Below are positions 54,601 to 64,000 of a DNA stretch of 64,000 bases, in pieces. Each line of letters begins with the position of its first letter. Within the stretch, counting starts at the first letter, position 1. Under the pieces are notes generated by a model. It was not told where the DNA came from. It did no database searches and was given only the letters and a program-made list of their open reading frames with translations. The position numbers and the translations under genes were made by a program. Source of the DNA: Octopus vulgaris (taxonomy: Eukaryota); the NCBI GenBank assembly GCA_951406725.2, contig OX597815.1, positions 132,928,001 to 132,992,000 of the forward strand. Reading direction: 5' to 3'.

Positions 54601-55463
54601 TCCCTTTACGTATACCAGCTTCTAGGAACAAAACACTAGAGACGACTACAAATAGTTATATCAGGTGCGTAATAGTTTCTACACTACCAGAAGAAAGTTT
54701 TCAACTGAAACATGACCGTCAAGAAAACTAAAAAAAAACAAGAAAATATTTATTGCATGGTCCTCATCCCCTCTCTATCTCTCTTTCTTGAATTATAGCC
54801 CGTTCAAAGAGTCTCTTCTCATGCAAAATGTTAGCAAGTTTTCAGATTTTTCCAGCCTGCAACTACTCCAAATAATTGTCCTCACCAGTGCTTTAAATAA
54901 TTCGTTACAGTGTCTTCTACATTTCTTGAAACGCAGTTAAACCTTTCCTGAATTCTTCTGATTGTTCTGAATTCTAAAAAAGTGACAACTGTTTCTTTCG
55001 CATTCTAAATCCTGCGCCAGCTCTCTCTTCTTCCCACTCGCACGAAACAGCAAAATATTTTCGATCTCGTTTCTTCAAACTAATGAGGTAACTGTTTCTT
55101 ATAGCATCTCCATCTTTTCTATTTCCTCAAACAGGGAGATTCTATTTTTACCTAACGCTTTACTAGTTCTCTCCAATTGCTATAATGAATAAAGAGTAGA
55201 AAATATCCTTCAATTTGTATGTAACAGCCTAGTCATCTTCAATGCCTGGTCATCTTTAACCATGCAAGCACACAGTCATTACACATGATAAGGAAATAGT
55301 TTCAAATACATTTCATTTACACAAAAATTATGCACAAATATAATCCAGAAGATCTCTTCAAATACTTGTTCTCCCTAACTCTGTTTTTCAGTTGTGATCT
55401 GCAATACATAATACGAGCAAAATTTGCATCTCAATAGATCAGGCTTTCCTTTCAGGATCATAC

Positions 55464-56188
55464 AATATTCTTTTCTACTCTAGGCACAAACCCCGAACAT
55501 TTTAGGGAGGGGGCCAGTCGATTAGATCGATCCCAGTACGCAACCAGTTCTTTATGTATCGACCCCAGCGTAAAGACAGACGAAATACCGCTATGCATTT
55601 CGCCCGGCGTGCTAACGTTTCTTATTTCTTTATTGCCCACAAGGAGCTAAACATTGAGGGGACAAACAAGGACAGACAAATGGATTAAGTTGAATACATC
55701 GACCCCAATGCGTAACTGGTACTTAATTTATCGAAAGGATGAAAGGCAAAGTCGACCTCGGCGGAATTTGAACTCAGAACGTAAAGGCAGACGAAATACG
55801 GCTACGCATTTCGCCCGGCGTGCTAACGTTTCTGCCACCTCGCCGCCTTATACGTTCTGAGTTCAAATTCCGCCGAGGTCGACTTTGCCTTTCATCCTTT
55901 TGGGGTCGATAAATTAAGTACCAGTTACGCACTGGGGTCGATGTAATCGTCTTAATCCCTTTGTCTGTCCTTGTTTGTCCTCTCTGTGTTTAGACCCTTG
56001 TGGGTAGTAAACAAATAGGTATTTCGTCTGTCTTTACGTTCAGAGTTCAAATTCTGCTGAGGTTGACTTTGCGTTTCATCCTTTCGGGGCAGTTTAATTA
56101 AGTACCAGTTGCGTACTGGTGTCGATCTAATCGACTGGCCCCCTCCCCCAAAATTTCGAGCTTTGTGCCTAGAGTAGAAAAGAATATT
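55464..56188. repeat. ~725-bp fold-back made of two opposed SINE-A dimers
   Basis: Perfect 27-bp terminal complementarity; order is tail1(-), tail2(-), ~65-nt spacer, tail2(+), tail1(+). Confidence 0.88.
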
Positions 56189-57631
56189 ACATTCCTCATC
56201 AATTGCTGATCTTTACGAAGCTCAACTAAGAGCCGGCGTTACACCTCCGAATTTTACTCTAAACATTTCTCTCAGAGTTGTAGTCTTTAGGGAATCACAC
56301 TTCATTTTCGCCCACAAGGCATATGGGCCCAGCTTCTCATTTCCTGACAATTCACTAAATAGGCAAAAATATACAGATGTCACAGCACACACTCAGAAAT
56401 AGTAACACTTAAATTAATACTATTCGACTATGCTTCGTTAGCCCTGCCACACCCTATTTCCACCATAGTGGAGATAAGTTAAACATCATCTTCGCTGGAT
56501 TCCAAGCAAAGCAGTAACGAACAACACACATAGAAGAAGAATATTCTGTCCATTAGTTTGCCGGCAATCGTTACTTTTGAGCTTTATATGCAACTATTCA
56601 ATTTCTTTTTGCCCGTGAGCCCTGGTGGAGTGTTAAGTTTGACACGGGGGCCCAAGTTTGAGAGGATTAAGATCGTTTTCTTACAATACTTTCGATGTAC
56701 TCTACATATTTTATTTGACAAAAGCAGTTCTTAAGTAGAAAAAGTATGGACGAATGAATCAATTTCCTTATCTTATGTATACCTGATTTTATTTATGTGA
56801 ATGACTTAGCCATCGACTTGGTAGAATTTGAACTTTGAAACTAGAATGACGCATCTACAAATTATAAGGAATTTAATCATTACTATAGTACTTCTGCTAC
56901 TTCTTTGCCATTGGATCCATTTAATATTCCAATGAAAATTTAGCTTTTAGATAAAATAGTCTTATGCAGAAGCTTTTGAAACATAAATTGTGTTTTTATC
57001 AATCCATTGTTAATGCAATTACAAGTATTTTATATCAATGAAAATAGAATTCTTTATATCTTGATCAATAAATATTTACGTATCAATGCAAAGCAAGACA
57101 GCTTTTTGTTCAAATTCACTACAATAAAATCAGAAAACTGCTACAGACACTGTGAAAGTAATAAACAGATTGTCACGCACGATCCGATTATTTTTCTCAG
57201 GATTACAAACAACCACCTTCAAGCAAATATGGTATCTAAATACTAAAAAATAATTTCCAACTTATTTTGTCACAAAGTAACGATAAATAACTTCTGGATA
57301 TCTTTTTTGTTGACATTTTAAAATATTTTCTTATGCATTAGTACTCTTACGTTGAAATGCTTTCCATAAGTTGAAAAAAGAAATAATGTATTTTATTTGT
57401 TCATGATAAGTTAGTAATGTTATATATTGGATAAATATCGGGGGGAAATCCCAATTTTGCGTTTAAACAGCTGCATGTCGTTGGATTTCAGTTTGAACCT
57501 AAAATGTAGAAAAATAAGCAGACATCAAATGTTTGTTATACACACCAGATTGTCTACAGACGTGACATACAGAACTGTGCAAACTATTTTGGAAGCCGAA
57601 CTGGCGTATTTCGATGTAATTGCAGAGAGTA

Positions 57632-58062
57632 TCTGTATATATAAAAGGCAGGATCTGTGTGTGCGTGTGTGTGTGTGTGTACGTGAATGTAATTTATGCA
57701 CGTCCACAAATTAGCACGCATGGCGCTCCAATTTTAGGAGGACATTCGTCATGATCCTAGTTGTATTTTCGTCAACTTATTTTTACCAGAGGCTCCAGCG
57801 AATAGCAGTAAAAATAAATTTTCAACCAAAACTTTTAACAATTTTCAAGTCGGAGAAATCCCCATTGTTTGCAAACAGGAGTTAAGTCCCCGTCTAGCGA
57901 CGAATAACATTTTGTTAAGACTTTTGCTGTTTTTTTCCATCGAGTGTTTTGTTGATATACGGGAAACACGCACACACACGAACATGTATGCGTACAAAAA
58001 TCATAATTGCAATAGGTGTACGTACGTACGTGTGTGTATATGTGTGTGCGTGTTGCCCATAT

Positions 58063-58117
<55 letters not shown>

Positions 58118-58228
58118 TAGATAGATAGATATAGATAGATAGATATATAGATAGATAGATAGATATATAGATAGATATATAGATATATATAGATAGATAG
58201 ATATATATAGATAGATATATATATAGAT

Positions 58229-58301
<73 letters not shown>

Positions 58302-58421
58302 AACCAATTTCAATGGATTTCGCCCAAATTTGACGTCAATGTTAGTTTGGTTTGAAATAAAGAACTTGATTAGCTTAATAACCCTAACTTAATCCCGGGC
58401 AAAGCCGAGTTATACTGCTAG
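57632..58421 (+). mobile_element. Non-autonomous Helitron
   Basis: A|TC 5' end (TCTGTATATATAAAAG), subterminal hairpin CCCGGGCAAAGCCGAG, CTAG|T 3' end, no TSD. Confidence 0.75.
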
Positions 58422-58621
58422 TAGGTTACTAAAATACTTGGAAATTTCATCTATACAGTATTGCCGTAACATATAAAGCTTAGAAAGTAATCTTACAATG
58501 CGGAAAAATGTATTTAAAGCTTAAAAGAGGTATTTGGCTTAAAACGACTAAGTCAAATGAGGTGTAGCATCAAATAAAAGTTAACAGTAAGATATTTTAT
58601 AAATGTGTATAAATAATTGAT

Positions 58622-58955
58622 ACTGCGACCACAATTGCTTAACATCCCAAGCTAACCTGTTATATCTATCGACTTTTCTCCCTTCCTTATCGCATACTGA
58701 GTTGATCCAGCATCGTTTGTTTTCTTTCTCAATTAACACTATGTCTGGTTTTCTATTCTCTATCTCATGGTCCACACTGAATCATAAAATCCCATAGTAT
58801 CTTTACATTATCATTTTCGATGATGCCTTCGAGCTTATGCTCCTGCCACTTTTTTGCTCTGTCAAGTCAATACATGTTGCAAAGTGCCCAATGAACAATC
58901 CTTGTCATGACGTCTCTTATATTCTTTCTGGGCTAGTGGTGTACATTGACTAGTA
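58622..58955 (-). mobile_element. Second R4/Dong-type LINE fragment (zinc-knuckle remnant plus RLE)
   Basis: ETAWHITSQCTPLAQKEYKRRHD; DHEIENRKPDIVLIEK; (TTA)n nearby at 59008-59058. Confidence 0.8.
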
Positions 58956-59007
58956 ATATGCCATGCGGTTTCATAATAATAATCAACCGTATGGCATATT
59001 ACCAGAC

Positions 59008-59046
<39 letters not shown>

Positions 59047-60284
59047 CATTATTATTATTGGTCTTGTTCTTGTTCATAATGCGCATGATTGGAAAGATGA
59101 TGATATTGTAAATACTGTTATAAATAGTACCCTATCACCGATACTAAACTATGCAGTTTAGTATCGGTGTAATGTAGAGTGCAATTATAAAATGTTTTAT
59201 GCGACTGAAGTAAATCCATTATTTTCCTCATCTTTTGGGGATGTTTGTCTATGCTTTATTGATGTTATTTATTCCACTATTTCTAAAACTCTTCAAAGGA
59301 AAAGTAGTATAAATATATATATGATACTTTCATGATCACAAACATATTTTAAGCCTCAATTGTGATGAGCTGTCCAATAAAATAAATAATTACACTAACT
59401 ATCTTATCTAAATTCATCTCATTTGTTGCCAAATACAATCGCCTTTGTCACTAACAACTTGCTTACCTGAGGGTATATAGCAGCAGTGAGTTCAAATAGC
59501 ATTGGCTCCGAACGATTATGTTTCCTTTCATGAAAACATTGGTGTACTGACTAATGGAACCAAATCAGCTTTGTTTCCTCTTTCTCTGTGACAAAGATTG
59601 AATATATCATCTACATCTATTGAATGGCAATATTGTATATTTACAGGATGCTACGTTGCGTAGTTCTTCTGTGTTACTCTTTGCATTTGATAATATATAA
59701 ATCATGTTTTCCATTCGTACCGAAGACTAACTGAGAATATGCTTGCTTTGGTCTATTAATCATTTCATGTAATTTCCAGCTTGAATTCTATGGATATAAT
59801 GCACAGATCAATAAATGCTTGACAGATTACGTATAATATTGTCTGAAATATTTCTAAATTATTGATCACTGCTCATTTCGAAAATATCCTAAAAATCTTT
59901 TAAGATACAATTACCATTATCTCAAGTGAATAAGTTTCATTTAACTATAAAGATGGCATTCATTGAAACAGTGAATAAACCGAAAATGTGTAGAGTAGAT
60001 TTGACGAATCTTTGAAAGCATCCATATATTTATAATGTTTGATAATCTTTAGAATAATTACGTGTCATATTTATACAAGTAATATCGTTGTCAAACGATT
60101 ACGTTATCTATCCTTCACCCAGGAGGAATGCAAGTTCGTGTTTCATCCTTGGACATGATTGTGATTATACTAAGGCGAGACAAAACTGTTTTGTCAGATT
60201 TATTACTATCAGGGTGCTACATATTTAAATGCCGTAAACCTGTTTCAAAACTTTCATTTCCCCCAGCTATTTATATTCTATATA

Positions 60285-61575
60285 CGAGGGGCGTTCAATA
60301 AGTAATGCCTCTGGCCCACTTGCAGTTTTTTGATCTAGCTGAAATTTTGCATGTGCAATTATTGATATCTCTATAGATTAAGTGGCAAATTACAACTCTG
60401 AACTAATTGTGGTTTCTGATTTACAGGTGTTTGAACTGAGTCAAGTGTGAAATGGAGCCTGTTGAGTGTCGAACAGTGATCCGGTTTTTGTATTTGAAAG
60501 GACGCACACCACGGGAGACTTTTGCTGAAATGAAAGTAACTTATGGTGATGATGCCCCATCATATGACCTTGTAAAATGCTGGCATCGTGAATTCAAACA
60601 TGGTCGGAACTCTGTGGAAACAGCTCCCAGATCTGGTCACCCCACTTCTGCCATTGATGAGGTATCTGTCCGTCAAGTTGAGGCTGCCATTTTGGAAGAT
60701 CTACGCATAACTATTCGCCAAATAGTCCATGAGGTCAAGATTAGTACCGGGTCTGTGGAAACTATCATTCATGACTATTTGCATATGCAAAAGGTGTCTG
60801 CCAGATGGATTCCCAGGTTGCTCACACCTTTCCAGAAGCAAGAACGCGTCGAGTGCTCGAGGATGAATTTGGAGATGTGCCAAGAAGATGAGTCAAACTT
60901 TTTCAAAAGACTGATTACACAGGATGAAACCTGGGCCCATCACTATGATCCAGAGACCAAAGCCCAGTCAATGCAGTGGAAGCACCGTGACTCACCTCCT
61001 CCAAAGAAGGCAAGGATGCAGCCCTCCGCTGGCAAGATCATGCTCACAATCTTCTGGGACCAGGACGGAGTAATGATGACAAATTTCCTGGCAAAGGGTA
61101 CCACAATTACAGGAGCCTATTATGCTTCACTTTTGAGGAAATTAAGAGAAGCTATCAAAATCAAGAGGCGGGGCAAGATCAGCAAAGGCATCCTCCTCCT
61201 GCAGGACAACGCTCCGGTCCACAACTCGCGTGTCACCAGATCAGAAGCACAGGCGTGCAGCTATGAACTCCTCCCCCATCCCCCTACTCTCCCGACCTTG
61301 CACCCTCTGATTTTCATCTCTTCCCAGCCATGAAGTTGTTTTTGAAAGGAAAGCGTTTCCCAGATGATGCAGCCTTGATTTCTGAAGTTACGTCATGGTT
61401 GGAGGACCAAGCTGGGGTCTTCTACAAAAACGGTATCCAGAGCTGCATCAAACGATGGGAGAAAGGCGTAACTCTGGGTGGTTCCTATGTAGAAAAGACT
61501 AATAACTGCGCCACGTTTCGTTGCTCTACTGCTATGGAAAGTGGGTCAAGGGCATTACTGATTGAACGCCCCTCG
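60285..61575 (+). mobile_element. Full-length mariner (DD34D), TA TSD
   Basis: TA-CGAGGGGCGTTCAATAAGTAATGCC...GGCATTACTGATTGAACGCCCCTCG-TA, 1291 bp. Confidence 0.96.
60452..61502 (+). pseudogene. mariner transposase, frameshifted near 61285
   Basis: WIPRLL, ITQDETW, LLQDNAPVH, then YSPDLAPSDF in the shifted frame; 34 residues between the 2nd and 3rd catalytic D. Confidence 0.9.
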
Positions 61576-61782
61576 TATAATTGATAAGATTCAGTTATTT
61601 TCTTTGCGTTTGTTTTCGATAGCTAAATTATGTACAAATTATGCTCTAGTCTCTTTGAAACGTTGCACAAAAATACATACACAAGAAAGACAGTATAGAA
61701 TATATTAAAATAATATTAAGGAAGGTAGAGAAGAATGAAAAGAAAGTATTTAATATTTTTTCTGGAGAAGTATAACTACATT

Positions 61783-62133
61783 CTTTCTTTTTCTTGTTTC
61801 AATCATTCGACTGCAGCCATACTAGAGCACCGCCTTTAGTCGAGCAATATGGTACCTGTAGAGCGCCGCGTCTCGGGCAGCGTCCGGTGCGCTCTCGGCG
61901 GCCCTGAAAAATCCGGGTCCGTAACGAATCGCAGCTCTCGAGTCGGTCCGCTTTCGGGTCGGCCTGAGCAAATATATATATATATATACACATACGACGG
62001 GCTTCTTTCAGTTTCCGTCTACCAAATCCTCTCGAGGCTATAGTAGAAAACACTTGCCCAAGGTGCCACACAGTGGGACTGAACCCAGAACCATGTGGTT
62101 CGTAAGCAAGCTACTTACCACACAGCCACTCCT
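61783..62133 (-). mobile_element. SINE-B whose middle is replaced by a GC-rich insert
   Basis: Tail at 61783-61847, head at 61990-62133. Confidence 0.85.
61851..61965 (+). rRNA. 28S rRNA-derived fragment (non-functional)
   Basis: GCGTCCGGTGCGCTCTCGGCGGCCCTGAAAAATCCGG resembles the conserved LSU segment GCGTCCGGTGAGCTCTCG..GGCCCTTGAAAATCCGG; it is followed by TCCGTAAC, which lies further downstream in LSU rRNA. Confidence 0.7.
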
Positions 62134-62984
62134 AAATATAGAAAAAACTGCTGTAATTAAGACAGAAGTATACAGTATAAAAGAGCGTTGGGCGATGTCT
62201 GACAGATGACATTTAAAAGATGAAACTTCAAAACATTATTGATTTCTGAACTGTAGACGCCTAATTAATATAGCTTGTTAGTATGAAACTTGTGGTTGTC
62301 TCCTCGAGGATTTGGATAGAAAGTATAACCTCTGAACTGTGTTGTAGCTCTCCAGTCATTTTAGCAGTTATAACTTTCCGATGTGCTGGTTTTGTCAGAA
62401 TTGATGTATTTAAAGCATTAGAAGTATGACTTGTAAATTTATTCTAAATTTGTTCGAGCAGATTCGAACGTGAATATAGTAATCGCCGTTGTGTTTCGTC
62501 ATAGGAGAATAGCTTCTCCTTTCAGATGAATGTGTGTTTATAACACACTAGATTTTATTGGGTTACCAGATAAATTCGTTAATTTCTGCACCCCTTGCTT
62601 TATTTCTGTATATTTTAATTCTCTCCAATGTTGTTTCAGTTAACAAGAAAAATAGTTCTAATGTAGTGTTTACTGGGGAGCGGTGGAGCTCTATTCTTCT
62701 TCTACAACTTTTGTTCCTAGTTTCTATAATTTGGATAAATTGTACCTTTTTTCCAACATATGACGATGGAATGCCAAGTAGGAAAAACACGAATGAATTT
62801 ATGACAAACCAATATATAAGCTATAAAGCATTTCTCAGCGTCTTCAGTTATTTACTAGGAGATACTAGGGCATATCATGTTAGAACCGTAAGTCCATATT
62901 TGGCATATATTATTTCTCTTTGAATTGTTTCAATGAATGCCTCGCATAGTCAACCTTCTTTTTGTAATAAAGATCTAAAAATAT

Positions 62985-63310
62985 TGGTTTCAAATTGAGA
63001 CTCGAGGCCAACAAGTTGCGGCAGTGGCTAAGTCGATTACATCGACCCCATTACTCAGCTGGTACTTATTTTATCGACGACAAACACAAACGCAAAGATA
63101 CACGTCCATGCATGTATGCATGTACACTCACACGCACACACATATATATATATACATACGACGGTCTTCCGTTGGTTTCCGTCTAAAAGATCCACTCAAC
63201 GGTTTGGCAGGTCGAGGGCTCTATTAAAAGACAATTGTTCAACGTTCCACGTAGCGAGACTGAACAGGGAACCTTATAGTTAGGAAGCGAACCTCTTACC
63301 TCACAGCCAC
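62985..63310 (-). mobile_element. SINE-A tail (62985-63078) and SINE-B head (63153-63310), degenerate
   Basis: Family matches. Confidence 0.7.
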
Positions 63311-63469
63311 CCCTCAGTCTGGTCATTCTAAGTGAAGAATATTGAGGTTATCGTAGTTCATTCAGAATTTCCAGACGATGAATTTTTGAAGAAGTTGTAA
63401 AGGAATATATTCTCACTAAATATATGATTATGCTCATATAAAACGGAAGTGTGCGAAAACGCTATAGCT

Positions 63470-63555
63470 TGGTGTGCATGCGCAATAGAGTTTCATATGT
63501 GTACATAAGCTTCATTACCATAGCAACAGTCCCGATAGTTTTCAATCAGACCTCG
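63470..63555. mobile_element. Solo mariner/MITE end, same family as 34945 and 52357
   Basis: CAACAGTCCCGATAGTTTTCAATCAGACCTCG-TA. Confidence 0.7.
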
Positions 63556-63569
63556 TATATTAATAATAT

Positions 63570-63621
<52 letters not shown>

Positions 63622-63624
<3 letters not shown>

Positions 63625-63767
63625 CGTTCTGAGTTCAAATTCCGCCGAGTTTAAATTTGACTTTCATCCCTTTCGGGATAATTTAAGCAACAGTTGCGTA
63701 CTGTTGTCGATCTAATCGACTGGCGCCCTCCCCTAAAATTTCGGGCCTTGTGTCTAGAGTAGAAAAG
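63622..63767 (+). mobile_element. SINE-A, tail 1
   Basis: Family match. Confidence 0.85.
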
Positions 63768-63772
63768 GATAG

Positions 63773-63822
<50 letters not shown>

Positions 63823-64000
63823 ATTCATTTATTCATGCGCTCACTATCATTGCGTGAATAAGTGGGTGAAGGAATGAGAAAATAAAGAGGTAAATATAAT
63901 AGTGTATAACTGTTGTGTATGAGTTTATTCATGAATGTATGTGTCTGCATTTAAATGTATGGGTACGCATGTGTGTGTGTGTGTCTTTGTAAGTACGAGT

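Larger units (their letters stand above)
61630..62940 (-). pseudogene. Probable decayed intronless rhodopsin-type GPCR (ECL2 to helix 8)
   Basis: One mostly conserved frame: ECL2-like GLTVLT*YAL, TM5-like LIYWFVINSFVFFLLGIPSSYVGKKV, long S/T-rich loop, TM6-like YTVYF/VLITAVFSIF, SINE, then TM7-like ILNTFFSFF...FLCMYFCATFQRD; several stops, NPxxY absent. Confidence 0.45.

Noticed and set aside
54760-55450. Possible very old LINE relic on the minus strand
   Set aside because: No diagnostic motif could be recovered
59467-59843. Minus-strand exon ending at a strong CAG|gtaagc donor
   Set aside because: All three frames from the best acceptors contain stops; cannot be supported without transcripts

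Overview
AT-rich, repeat-saturated eukaryotic DNA, intronic or intergenic. The SINE families and the dense (TA)n/(GATA)n/(TATG)n/(CA)n/(TTA)n microsatellites point to an octopus (coleoid cephalopod) genome; this is an inference from repeat content. No intact host gene can be supported, and most ORFs in the track are microsatellite translations. The window contains: two abundant tRNA-derived SINE families (called SINE-A and SINE-B here); LINE relics (R4/Dong with RLE nuclease, CR1-type, RTE, Penelope RT plus GIY-YIG); DNA transposons (a near-intact DD34D mariner, a DD36E Tc1, a mariner relic with its MITE, a pogo-like MITE, a Chapaev3-like relic, a non-autonomous Helitron, and a MITE carrying telomeric repeats); a probable decayed intronless GPCR; a 28S rRNA fragment; and a few weak exon candidates. 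The most striking signal is a set of ten type I hammerhead ribozyme motifs from about seven unrelated repeat families. These include a zero-spacer palindrome with two opposed hammerheads, CCGANGA core variants, and evidence for a tRNA-headed, hammerhead-bearing SINE-like element that was split by a Dong insertion. All calls were made by eye; no searches were run.
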